DNA of 44,957 nucleotides from Minisyncoccota bacterium (GTDB lineage Bacteria; Patescibacteriota; Minisyncoccia; Minisyncoccales; JAZKSW01): NCBI GenBank assembly GCA_036625875.1, contig JAZKSW010000001.1, positions 1 to 44,957 of the forward strand, read 5' to 3'. Shown piece by piece: positions 15,569 to 24,771 of this stretch (position 1 is its first letter; each line of letters starts with the position of its first letter). The notes under the pieces were generated by a model. It saw only the letters and a program-made list of their open reading frames with translations, ran no database searches and was not told where the DNA came from. The position numbers and the translations under genes were made by a program.

Positions 15569-16003
15569 TCAACGTGGCCCTCTACCTTTCTTTCCATTTC
15601 CATTAGAGCCACGGCCTCTCCCGGGACCCTTTCCTCTACCGGAACCGGGACCTCGTCCAGCTGGGCCAGTCGGTGTTTCAGCTTTATTCAAATCTCCGTT
15701 CTTCCATTTCTCAAATACCTCTTCAACGCTTATACCTGTCGTTAGAAATATCTCTATACCGGCAGTTTGTAAAGCAGAAAATGCATTTGGTCCAATCCTC
15801 CCCGTAATTAAGGCTTCAACTCCTTGATCGGCAATAGTTTGGGCAGCTTGAACACCCGCTCCTCTTTGAGCCCCTACTCCGGGATTAGAAACAACCTCAT
15901 CTAAATTACCTTCTTCATCAAGGATAAGAAAGTGTTGACTTCTTCCGAAGCGGGGATTTACATTTGATTCTAATGTTTGACCTGAACTTGTTACGGCTAT
16001 CAT
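15569..16003 (-). CDS. NifX/NifB-C-terminal-like (COG1433) protein with Gly/Arg-rich tail
   Basis: PRFGRSQHFLILD...GAGVQAAQTIADQGVEALITGRIGPNA. Tail PTGPAGRGPGSGRGKGPGRGRGSNGNGKKGRGPR. Confidence 0.8.
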   Translation of the reverse strand: MIAVTSSGQTLESNVNPRFGRSQHFLILDEEGNLDEVVSNPGVGAQRGAGVQAAQTIADQGVEALITGRIGPNAFSALQTAGIEIFLTTGISVEEVFEKWKNGDLNKAETPTGPAGRGPGSGRGKGPGRGRGSNGNGKKGRGPR

Positions 16004-16071
16004 GATATTAAGGATTATTTTAATCTTATTAATATGTTATCAATATATACCCATAACTGTCAAGTGATTAA

Positions 16072-16102
16072 ATAACAAAAACGGCCGTTCTCACGGCCGT
16101 TT
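16072..16102 (-). terminator. Rho-independent terminator after the EncFtn-like gene
   Basis: Perfect 10-bp stem aaacggccgt/acggccgttt (16079-16088 / 16093-16102) with a 4-nt loop. On the minus strand it is followed by TTTTTGTT. Confidence 0.85.
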
Positions 16103-16107
16103 GAAAT

Positions 16108-16389
16108 TCAACCAGTCATCTCCTCTACTTCCTCCTTTCCCTCTTTGCTTTGTTCAACTTGTTCCGGATCTTCTCGCATCAATAAGGTTTCAAACTCTCC
16201 TACGTGTTCCTTTTCTTCTTCCGCAACATCCAGTAAGACTTTTTTAATATCTTCATTGTCCGTTTTGGCAGCCATCTGTTCATAGAAGCTTATAGCATCA
16301 AGTTCGGCTATCAATCCGGCCCTCAAAATCTCTCTGTCCAAATTTTTAGGATCTACCTTATCGAGGTCAATTGGAAATTCTGATAGCAT
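16108..16389 (-). CDS. EncFtn-like (encapsulated-ferritin family) small ferritin-like protein, no encapsulin partner
   Basis: 93 aa. ELDAISFYEQMAAKT...DVAEEEKEHVGEFETLL parallels the EncFtn metal-site helices (E...Y, ExxH). The C-terminus is acidic with no Gly-rich targeting peptide. Confidence 0.6.
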   Translation of the reverse strand: MLSEFPIDLDKVDPKNLDREILRAGLIAELDAISFYEQMAAKTDNEDIKKVLLDVAEEEKEHVGEFETLLMREDPEQVEQSKEGKEEVEEMTG

Positions 16390-16463
16390 AATTTTTATTA
16401 AGTTTTAAAGGTTAATAAAAATCAACCTTGCTTCTTTATTGTAGCAAATTTAAAAACTAAATA

Positions 16464-16494
16464 CAAAAAGGGAGGTTCTAACACATAACCTCCC
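16464..16494 (-). terminator. Rho-independent terminator overlapping the stop codon of the 106-aa membrane protein gene
   Basis: gggaggtt (16470-16477) / aacctccc (16487-16494). On the minus strand it is followed by TTTTTG. Confidence 0.75.
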
Positions 16495-16814
16495 TATGCC
16501 ACATTAAAAAAGAAGTCTATCATCAAATGCAATGCCAGACCAATTTCTAGAAAAACAACAAAATTCGAATGTTTTTCCTTAAAGATCGGTTTAACCAAAA
16601 AATTTCCCAATAACAACAATAAAATAGCTATTACAAAACACCAACCAACAAGATTTACTAAGTGACCATTACTAACAAACAACTTTGGGAAATCCGGTCC
16701 CAGCCAACACCATAGATAAAGTAAGATTCCTCCGTAAAAGTAACCATTAGAATAATACCAATAAATCAAACCAATAAAAACAGCGATAGATAGGCTGACA
16801 AAAAGCTCAGGCAT
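16494..16814 (-). CDS. Hypothetical membrane protein (3-4 TM)
   Basis: Good SD (aaggaggt, 6 nt before the ATG). Hydrophobic throughout. Confidence 0.65.
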   Translation of the reverse strand: MPELFVSLSIAVFIGLIYWYYSNGYFYGGILLYLWCWLGPDFPKLFVSNGHLVNLVGWCFVIAILLLLLGNFLVKPIFKEKHSNFVVFLEIGLALHLMIDFFFNVA

Positions 16815-16835
16815 TGCTACCTCCTTTTTCTTTTT

Positions 16836-17714
16836 TTAGTGTTCAATTCTCTTTTTTAAATAATCTTTAAATTTATCACCTAAATCTTCTCTTTCCAGAG
16901 AAAATTCTACCAATGTTTTCAAATAACGTAGTGGATCACCGGTAGTATGCCACTCGCCTTCAATTGGTTTGGCTAAAACTTGTTCTTTATGAGCTAATTC
17001 GTTTAGAATATCCATTACCCACAATTCGTTATCTTTACCCACCGGAGTTTCTTCGGCTTGCTCAACAACATCATAGGAAAAAACAAAGCGACCAAATTGA
17101 GCCATATTAGAAGGAGCTTCTTCTGCCGGTAATTTTTCATAACCGGCTTCTATCTCATATTCATGACCTTCTTCCTTATATTTAACGGTTCCATAGCGTT
17201 TTACTTCTTCATCGGGTACTTTTTGTACTCCCAAAACCGCAGAGGGATTTTCTTTTTCGTAAAGGTTTATCAACTGTTTGGTAACGGGCTTTTCGGAAAT
17301 AGTTAAATCGTCTCCAAACATATAGACAAACGCTTCGTCATCATCTATTAGGTGAGAACAAGCTTTTATAGGTGTAGCATTACCATAAGGATAATAGTCA
17401 TGCTGGCGTACATACACAAAATTAGCCATCTTGGGAATTTCTTTAATTTTTTCCAATCTTTCGTATTTACCCGCTTCTTCCAACTCCCGTTCCAGCTCAG
17501 AGTTGGAGTCAAAGTACTCTTCCATAGTACTGCGGCCACTTCTTGTGACCATAATAATATCTTCAATACCCGAATCCACAGCTTCTTCTACTAAGTAATG
17601 AATAATAGGCTTGTCTACCAAGGGTAGCATTTCCTTGGGTTGATTTTTAGTAGCTGGTAAAAATCTAGTCCCGTAACCAGCTGCTGCTATAACTGCTTTA
17701 GTAATATCAGACAT
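16836..17714 (-). CDS. galU: UTP--glucose-1-phosphate uridylyltransferase
   Basis: AAGYGTRFLPATKNQPKEMLPLVDKP, 292 aa. Confidence 0.9.
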   Translation of the reverse strand: MSDITKAVIAAAGYGTRFLPATKNQPKEMLPLVDKPIIHYLVEEAVDSGIEDIIMVTRSGRSTMEEYFDSNSELERELEEAGKYERLEKIKEIPKMANFVYVRQHDYYPYGNATPIKACSHLIDDDEAFVYMFGDDLTISEKPVTKQLINLYEKENPSAVLGVQKVPDEEVKRYGTVKYKEEGHEYEIEAGYEKLPAEEAPSNMAQFGRFVFSYDVVEQAEETPVGKDNELWVMDILNELAHKEQVLAKPIEGEWHTTGDPLRYLKTLVEFSLEREDLGDKFKDYLKKRIEH

Positions 17715-17781
17715 AATTGTGAGCGAGTGAAAAATTAAATAATTGTTTATTTATATTTTTGATGGGAGCGAATAAATAGAA
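17715..17781 (-). repeat. Conserved leader element X, copy 2
   Basis: Aligns with 7394-7462 (about 58 of 70 positions, one 1-nt gap). Confidence 0.85.
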
Positions 17782-17879
17782 GAATTCGCTTGCTAATTCT
17801 TATAATTATAGTGGGCGGAAGCTTCGCTTATAATATTTTTTCATTTTACCCTTTTGATATTAAAAATCAAACTTTTGTT

Positions 17880-19925
17880 TTAATCAAATTCAATAATTTC
17901 TTCCGTTTCTTCTTCTGATTTTCGTTCAACTTGCCACTCTTGATAAGAAGTAGTATCTAACTCTTGCAAAAAAGGAGAGATAGTAGTCAAATTGGAACCG
18001 GATCTATAACTTTTGGCCGTAATGGGAAAAGTTAAATAAAGTTGTTGCTTTGCTCGGGTTACTGCCACGTAAAAAATTCTTCTCTCTTCTTCCAAGTCTA
18101 GATCTGATTCTTTACTTCGCCAATGAGGGAACCAACCGTCAATTAGCCCAATAACAAACACAGTGTTCCATTCTAGTCCTTTGGCTTGGTGAACCGTACT
18201 TAATACCAAACTATCCTCGTAGCCTTCTTGGTAACCGTCCGAACGCTGAGCACTGAAGCTTTCACTTAAAGAGATATCCGATAAAAACTTTTCTATATCA
18301 TCGTATTTTTCCAGTAACAAAGAAAGGTGTTCAATATCCTCCAATCGTTCTTCCGCATTTTCGTAGCTAGCACTCAAATAACTGTAATACCACTCGTCAA
18401 GAACGGTATCAGCAATTTTCTTCAGATAATTATCGGGGCTTTCTTCCCATAGGGAAATCACTTCCTTAAAAACGGAACGTAACTGCTTCCAGCCGCGCTC
18501 TGCCTTGTTGCTAACTTTTTTAGGACGCATTCTTGCAATTTGTTTCAGGCTATCCTGCTGAGCAATTTGGGAGTAAAGACGCTCAGCGTAAACCTGCCCT
18601 ACTCCGGGCTGCATTTCTAACAAGCGTCGCCAAGAAATTTCTTCCTGTGGATTCAATAAAATTCGGTAAAATGCAAGTGTATCTTTAATATGCTTTCTTT
18701 CATGAAACTTCATTCCACTTCTGATAATATAGGGAATGCCTTTTTGAGCTAACTCCATTTCCAATTCGGTCGAATGAAAATGAGAACGGTATAAAACTCC
18801 GATATCAGAAAGATCCAATCCTTCCTGTTTCAATTCCAATGCGCGTTGAGCTATAAATTCTGCTTGTTGTTCTGGGTTTTCTAAGGGCACCACTGCTGGG
18901 GTAACACCTTGTTCTTTTTGAGCCTTTAACTCTTTTTCAAATTTTTTCTCATTATTCTCTATAGATTGATTAGCAATTTTAAGAATAGAACTTGTGCTGC
19001 GATAATTTGTTTCCAATTTAAAGACTTTAGGGTCAAATTCTTCTTTAAAATCAAAAATATTATCGATGGTTGCTCCCCTAAAAGAATAAATACTTTGGGA
19101 ATCATCCCCCACTACTAATATGTTTGAAATGTCCTGAGATAATAATTGAATAATATCACCCTGAATGGGAGAAGTATCTTGAAATTCATCGACTAATACA
19201 TATTTAAAGCGCTGGTCTAGTTTTTCTCTTACTTCCGGATACTGTTTTAATAAAGTTTTCCAATTAATTAGTAAATCATTATAATCCATTAAATTTTGAC
19301 CTTTTTTCTTGGATTGATAAGCACTCTTAATCTTTTTAATTTTATCCAACAAGCGTTCAAACTCGGGAGCATTATCTCTGATAAAAGAAAAATATTCATC
19401 AATAGTCTTTTTTAAAGAATAACCGGTATTTCCAGTCCTATCTATAACAGACTTAATAAGTTTTGCCTTGGGAAAGTATTCCTCAGAACCAACATCGTTA
19501 TCTTCAATAACCGTCTTTACCAACTGCAAAGAATCTTGAGAATCAAGAATAGTATAATCTTTTTCGTAGCCGAGTTTATCAGCATGTTTTCTCAATACAA
19601 GATTACCAACATGATGAAAAGTACCCGCCCACAAATCAGTGGGTTCATAACCAATTAATTCCTCAGTACGCTTCACCATTTCCTCTGCTGCTTTCTTAGT
19701 AAAAGTCATCAGTAAGATCTGTCTCTCCGGCACTCCTTGTTCTAGTAAATAAGAAAGACGATAGATTAAAGTACGAGTTTTTCCACTACCCGGCCCCGCT
19801 ATTACCAAACAAGGTCCGTCTCCATTAAAAACGACTTCCTGTTGTTCAGGATTTAATTGCTTCTCGTAGTCCAATTCAATATCAGAATCCGATTCACTTT
19901 TATCAAGAAAATATTTATGAGCCAT
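17880..19925 (-). CDS. uvrD: UvrD/PcrA/Rep-family ATP-dependent DNA helicase
   Basis: AGPGSGKTRTL, VLVDEFQDTS, VHQAKGLEW, YVAVTRAK. Confidence 0.9.
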   Translation of the reverse strand: MAHKYFLDKSESDSDIELDYEKQLNPEQQEVVFNGDGPCLVIAGPGSGKTRTLIYRLSYLLEQGVPERQILLMTFTKKAAEEMVKRTEELIGYEPTDLWAGTFHHVGNLVLRKHADKLGYEKDYTILDSQDSLQLVKTVIEDNDVGSEEYFPKAKLIKSVIDRTGNTGYSLKKTIDEYFSFIRDNAPEFERLLDKIKKIKSAYQSKKKGQNLMDYNDLLINWKTLLKQYPEVREKLDQRFKYVLVDEFQDTSPIQGDIIQLLSQDISNILVVGDDSQSIYSFRGATIDNIFDFKEEFDPKVFKLETNYRSTSSILKIANQSIENNEKKFEKELKAQKEQGVTPAVVPLENPEQQAEFIAQRALELKQEGLDLSDIGVLYRSHFHSTELEMELAQKGIPYIIRSGMKFHERKHIKDTLAFYRILLNPQEEISWRRLLEMQPGVGQVYAERLYSQIAQQDSLKQIARMRPKKVSNKAERGWKQLRSVFKEVISLWEESPDNYLKKIADTVLDEWYYSYLSASYENAEERLEDIEHLSLLLEKYDDIEKFLSDISLSESFSAQRSDGYQEGYEDSLVLSTVHQAKGLEWNTVFVIGLIDGWFPHWRSKESDLDLEEERRIFYVAVTRAKQQLYLTFPITAKSYRSGSNLTTISPFLQELDTTSYQEWQVERKSEEETEEIIEFD

Positions 19926-20046
19926 AAAAATAATTGCCCAACGACAACTTTAGCCTACTAATAAGGTTATCATTTTAAAATAAAACCCCCCGAATTTGAC
20001 TAAACCCAGGAGGTTTCCCATTTCTTTTGGTAGTGTTTAAACCTTC

Positions 20047-20544
20047 TTAAGGTTGAAGAACTCCTTCCGTTTCTCCCTCAACGGAAATTACTACTTCATC
20101 TACAGTAGGGAATTGCTTTAAGGTTTCTATAATTTCAGCTCTTCTTCCCTCCATTGTACAGGACCCTCCACCTTGGTTTAATTCTTCAGAAAAATCAGCG
20201 GTAGCCACTCCGTCTTCGATGTTTAAACTGTTCAGCTCTACCCCTTCTCCAATACTGGTAAAGTAACCATTTTCTTTTTCTTGGTCTGTAGGGCCTTCCA
20301 ATAATTCTTTCAAAGCAGCTTTTCCTGTTCCTTCCGTTTTTTCAATTTCTCTTTCTACAGCAAATACTGCACTGCAATCCTGTCCACCCTTGTCACTGTG
20401 ACCGAAATAAACTTCAACCATTTGGGTTGTAGGCTCTTGATCTTCGGGTACTTGAGCCTGATCAGAAGTCTTGGTCATAGTATAACCAAAATAAAGACCA
20501 ACTGCTATTAAAACCAATATTAAGGCTATGGTAAGTTTGTTCAT
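20047..20544 (-). CDS. Membrane-anchored GerMN-domain protein
   Basis: N-terminal TM. VEVYFG...AVFAVEREI...ALKELLEGPT...GYFTSI...ATADFSEEL is typical of GerMN. Confidence 0.7.
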   Translation of the reverse strand: MNKLTIALILVLIAVGLYFGYTMTKTSDQAQVPEDQEPTTQMVEVYFGHSDKGGQDCSAVFAVEREIEKTEGTGKAALKELLEGPTDQEKENGYFTSIGEGVELNSLNIEDGVATADFSEELNQGGGSCTMEGRRAEIIETLKQFPTVDEVVISVEGETEGVLQP

Positions 20545-20613
20545 ATTTATTTCTAAGATAATCTTTTATTGTTTTTCAACCTTTTCCACTTCTATTTTAA
20601 CCCGAATAATATT

Positions 20614-21354
20614 TTATAGCAAGAACCCAAAAGTTGCCCCCACCAAGCAGATTATACTGAATGCTAAGGCAAATTTGAAAAAATTAATCCTCTCAACTAA
20701 TTTTAATAACAAAGACAGACTTAAAATTCCGGTTACAAAACTAGATAACAGAGCTACTACTCCCGGCTTCCAAGCCAGAACTGGATCTTGCAACAGTAAA
20801 TAAAGGTTAGAAGCCAAGACAACTGGTACCGACATTAAATAGGAAAGCCGTAAAATTTCTGCTGGTTCCTTGTCACCTAAAGAAAGACCGAATATAGTAG
20901 AACCAGATCGAGAAAATCCGGGTATAATCGCCAACCCTTGTAATAAACCAGCTATTCCTGCCAGTTTATGATCTTTTAGATTCAAGGTTAAATCCTTTTT
21001 GTGAAAATAAGCGGTTATCAATAAACCCAAGCCGGTTATTAATAACAAAGTGTTACCTACTGCAACGTTTCTGATTACTTTGTAAATTGGAAATCCAATT
21101 CCCAGAGAAATTACAGTAGCTATTATCAGAAACTTCACTAATTTTCTATCTCTCAATAAAATAATTTCTTTCCAGTCTTTTTTAAAGTAGAATAAAACTG
21201 CTAACATTGTTCCCAGGTGTAAAAACAAAGCAGTATCTACCGGATTTCCGCTTACCATCCAATTAGATGCCAAAGCAACCATTCCTTCACTGGAAATGGG
21301 CAGCCATTCCAAAATACCTTGAATTATTCCCAATATAGCATATAGCCAAATCAT
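20614..21354 (-). CDS. uppP: Undecaprenyl-diphosphate phosphatase
   Basis: GILEWLPISSEGM, PGFSRSGSTI, 8 TM. Confidence 0.9.
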   Translation of the reverse strand: MIWLYAILGIIQGILEWLPISSEGMVALASNWMVSGNPVDTALFLHLGTMLAVLFYFKKDWKEIILLRDRKLVKFLIIATVISLGIGFPIYKVIRNVAVGNTLLLITGLGLLITAYFHKKDLTLNLKDHKLAGIAGLLQGLAIIPGFSRSGSTIFGLSLGDKEPAEILRLSYLMSVPVVLASNLYLLLQDPVLAWKPGVVALLSSFVTGILSLSLLLKLVERINFFKFALAFSIICLVGATFGFLL

Positions 21355-21537
21355 TACCTTATTTTAACATATTAAGTGACTTTTTCTCTAATCCTCAATG
21401 TGTTATAATTGGAAGTGAAGAGGAGCAAGAAAATACTTGATTTCTTTTCTCCTCCGAACAATTAATTTCAATATTTCGAGCAAAGGCGAGAAATATTATA
21501 ATTACAAGTGAGGATAAACATTAATAATCTTTAAATT

Positions 21538-22026
21538 ATGCCCAAAGAAACAAAGAAACAAAAAATATTAGATTTCATTGAAGATAATGCCCCTAAAGAT
21601 GAATTCATTGAATGGCTCAATACTCAATTTGACGTTGCCTTTTCTGGTAATCATGGCTGGGAGGAAGTAAAAGAAGAGGTTTTGGACAATAAGAAAATTT
21701 CCTCTTCTAAATTACAAATGTATGCTGCCTCCCTGAACAGTGAGCAAGATCTAAAAAGTATTCTTAAAAATGTAGAACAAGAAACGGAAAAAGCCAGGAC
21801 TATGGCTAATAAACTTCAATATCTTTCTAAGTTTAAAAAATTCTCTATCAGCTTAGGGGGAATTATTACACTACAAGGACTTGTATTAATAGTATTCGGA
21901 TTTATTTTACTAACTCAGTTAATTCAACTTAACCTTCCTCAAGATTTAAGTTTATTCACCTCTATTGTTTCAATCATCTTGGGAATAATTAACTTAATTT
22001 CCGGACTGTTATTAAGTACGGGTTAA
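21538..22026 (+). CDS. Hypothetical protein with C-terminal double TM anchor
   Basis: 162-aa ORF on the plus strand. No recognisable domain. Confidence 0.55.
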   Translation: MPKETKKQKILDFIEDNAPKDEFIEWLNTQFDVAFSGNHGWEEVKEEVLDNKKISSSKLQMYAASLNSEQDLKSILKNVEQETEKARTMANKLQYLSKFKKFSISLGGIITLQGLVLIVFGFILLTQLIQLNLPQDLSLFTSIVSIILGIINLISGLLLSTG

Positions 22027-23387
22027 AGGGTTAAGTAGCAAGATAATAAGAAACTAAATAGCACTAAATTTAAAAGAACGAGCATTCCTATCATCATTAA
22101 GCGAGCTCGTTCTTTTTTAATTTGAGCAGTCAAATATAGAACGAAACCGATTAAAGCCCAAATAAACGTAATAATTAAAGCTTTAACCTCAACAAACAAC
22201 AACACCAACAAAGAAAGCCCTCCTACTCCAATTAATAACCAAGGAAATAAAGGAATCTTAAAAGGTCTTTCTAAAAATGGTCTTTTTGCTCGCATCTTAA
22301 ACAAAGCTGTAATCACCAACAACAAAGAAATTAAATAAACAGAATTGGCTAAGTAGGCTACAAATTCCACGGAGTCTGTAAGGATCAAAACTAATGCAAT
22401 GGCACCCACAAACCAAACGGTACGGGAGGGGACCTGCCATTTATTCAACTTAGCAAAAAAGTTTTTAAAGAAATTGTGTTTGGATACTGCATAAACTTCT
22501 CTTGACCCCACCAAAAGAGTAGTAATTAAAGTTGATAAAGCTCCCAAAATAGCAGTAGTAAAAACTATTATTTTACCCAAACCGCCCAACTTTTCCGCTA
22601 CTAAAAACAAAGGTGCTTCTGCCTCCCCCAATACTTCCGGAGGAACTACATTAACAGCTACCCAGGAAATAAGAAAAAACAAGGTCGTTACTATTACCAC
22701 TGTAAGAATTAAAGCCAATGCCACATTTCTATCGGGATTTTCAACTTCTCCCGCTACTGATACAATATCCTCATAGCCGATAAAGGCCGTATATATAACA
22801 GCTGTTGCTGCTAAAATCGATATTAATCCCCCCGAAGTGTTACTTAAATTAAATCCGATACTGGTTTCAGAAAACAACTTTCCCGTTAAAAAAGCTAAGC
22901 CTATTAGTAACACCAAAGCTACTATTCCCTGTACCAAGGCAGTCTTAGTTATACCTCTTATATTCAATAAAACAATAATAATTAACATGGAGAGGGCGAG
23001 TACCACCGAATTAATAGGAACTAGCAAACTGGTATAGTAACCGAAAGCTAGGGCACTAATAGCCACAGCACTTATATCTCCCAGGACAACCAACCAAGAG
23101 GTAACAAAGGGCAAATACCCCCTCCCGAACGCCTTAAACAGAAGATTTAAAGAAGCACCCGAGGTAGGCATAGCTGATCCAAATTCAGCATAAATTAAAG
23201 CCACTCCCAATGATAGAATTCCTCCAAATAAAAAAGCCCAGGGCAAAGCAGTTCCGGCTATTTTCGCCCCAGGAGATAATAACACAAAAATTCCAGGACC
23301 AACGGTACCCCCTACTCCGATAAACACCAAAAAGGGTAGACCTAATTTTCTCTTAGTCTTTGAGAGAAATTTTTCTGGATTTAACAC
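22023..23387 (-). CDS. APC-superfamily amino acid/polyamine permease
   Basis: 454 aa, about 12 TM, N-terminal GVGGTVGPGIFVL motif. Confidence 0.8.
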   Translation of the reverse strand: MLNPEKFLSKTKRKLGLPFLVFIGVGGTVGPGIFVLLSPGAKIAGTALPWAFLFGGILSLGVALIYAEFGSAMPTSGASLNLLFKAFGRGYLPFVTSWLVVLGDISAVAISALAFGYYTSLLVPINSVVLALSMLIIIVLLNIRGITKTALVQGIVALVLLIGLAFLTGKLFSETSIGFNLSNTSGGLISILAATAVIYTAFIGYEDIVSVAGEVENPDRNVALALILTVVIVTTLFFLISWVAVNVVPPEVLGEAEAPLFLVAEKLGGLGKIIVFTTAILGALSTLITTLLVGSREVYAVSKHNFFKNFFAKLNKWQVPSRTVWFVGAIALVLILTDSVEFVAYLANSVYLISLLLVITALFKMRAKRPFLERPFKIPLFPWLLIGVGGLSLLVLLFVEVKALIITFIWALIGFVLYLTAQIKKERARLMMIGMLVLLNLVLFSFLLSCYLTL

Positions 23388-23388
23388 C

Positions 23389-23970
23389 TTACTTTATGTA
23401 AATTAACTCATCAACTAATACTGTTCCTTCTTTTTTAACACCAATCACCTTTACTCTATTTCCTACTTCTCCGTAACTTTCAAACTCAAGACAAGGTTTG
23501 TTTCCTTGAGCTAAATTACACTTGCTCTCTTCGTCAAATTCAAGGGTTACTACCAAGGCCGGTTTACCAGGCTCTTCATAATTCAAGGCCCACTTTTCCT
23601 CTTGTCCGTATTTAACCAGATATCCTTCTTCTTCAAAACTATTTTTAGAACTACTATCCCTTTTAACACACTCCTCACCATTGAAACACTTTCCCCCTCC
23701 ACAATCACAGACTTTCACCTCATGACTATCCTGGGGTGCACAACCACATGCTCCTATAGTACATTGATTGGGGAAATCCTCAGTTGAGGCACAGCAATTG
23801 GCAGTGATAACTTCTCCGCCTGATTCCAAACAAGCTTTTTCTAATTTATTGGGGGTAGCTCCATTTTGGTTATAAAACAAATAACCGGCTATTGAAACTA
23901 TTCCTATAATTATTAAGATTAAATAATTTTTTTTACTCATTTTAATAATATTAAATTTCTCTTGAATCAT
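23389..23970 (-). CDS. Anchored Cys-rich hypothetical protein
   Basis: TM anchor, then CLESGGEVITANCCAS...CTIGACGCAP...VCDCGGGKCFNGEECV. Confidence 0.6.
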   Translation of the reverse strand: MIQEKFNIIKMSKKNYLILIIIGIVSIAGYLFYNQNGATPNKLEKACLESGGEVITANCCASTEDFPNQCTIGACGCAPQDSHEVKVCDCGGGKCFNGEECVKRDSSSKNSFEEEGYLVKYGQEEKWALNYEEPGKPALVVTLEFDEESKCNLAQGNKPCLEFESYGEVGNRVKVIGVKKEGTVLVDELIYIK

Positions 23971-24457
23971 ATGCCCAATGTAGTAGGGCTTGCCTTTGCT
24001 TTTTACGACAATTTAAATCACCTTTATCACAATTTTTATCCACTTGAGCTACGTGCCTTTTCATGCCTTTCCACCTGCTAATTTGTCTTTGATCTTCCTC
24101 TTCCAGGCGACGCCCCATGTAGTACCGACAATACCATTGAAACCAACCACGAGGATCATGTTCGTCATTAATCCAGCCCTTTTCTCTCCATACCGAAAGT
24201 GGCTGGCTTGCTCTAATACCAAAGTAATTTAGCTCGGGATCATGCTTCTTGGAACAAAGTTTTGCATCCTCAAACCAATCATCCGGAAACTCATCTTTGC
24301 AGTCAGTCATATATTTTCCACCAAAAACCCCCAGCTCTAACATTTGCTTGGGTGTCAGGTCCGGATTAAAATCAGGGTCAAAATTCTCCCCCCGAGATTC
24401 TTCCAGATGATAAACATAGCCCGATTGCATTTTATCATCAACTTCAACTTTTTTCAT
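23951..24457 (-). CDS. Conserved hypothetical protein (family not recognised)
   Basis: 168 aa with a distinctive Trp-rich core DPRGWFQWYCRYYMGRR...QISRW. Soluble. Confidence 0.65.
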   Translation of the reverse strand: MKKVEVDDKMQSGYVYHLEESRGENFDPDFNPDLTPKQMLELGVFGGKYMTDCKDEFPDDWFEDAKLCSKKHDPELNYFGIRASQPLSVWREKGWINDEHDPRGWFQWYCRYYMGRRLEEEDQRQISRWKGMKRHVAQVDKNCDKGDLNCRKKQRQALLHWAYDSREI

Positions 24458-24721
24458 TTAAAAAACACAGCTTTCGCTGTAGTCGAATTAAGGTAAAGAT
24501 CCAGTGTAAATAAAGACTGGCTTATGGGATTATTAATTGTTTTGATAATTTTAGCCATCTCTTATTTCATTCTACCAAAAAAATACTAGGTATCAACTCA
24601 AGATTTCATCAAACAAATCTCCTATTTCCATTCCTTTTCCTAAATAATAGACCAACATGATTAGTAAAGTAACAGGTATAATCCACTCCATAATTTTAGA
24701 TTAAATTAATTAGTAAAATCC

Positions 24722-24759
24722 AAACTAAAAAGCAAAGCCCTCAATTAAGAGGGCTTTGC
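24722..24759 (-). terminator. Rho-independent terminator of the csp gene
   Basis: 11-bp stem gcaaagccctc (24732-24742) / gagggctttgc (24749-24759). On the minus strand it is followed by TTTTTAGTTTG. Confidence 0.85.
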
Positions 24760-24771
24760 CGTAAATAGGAT

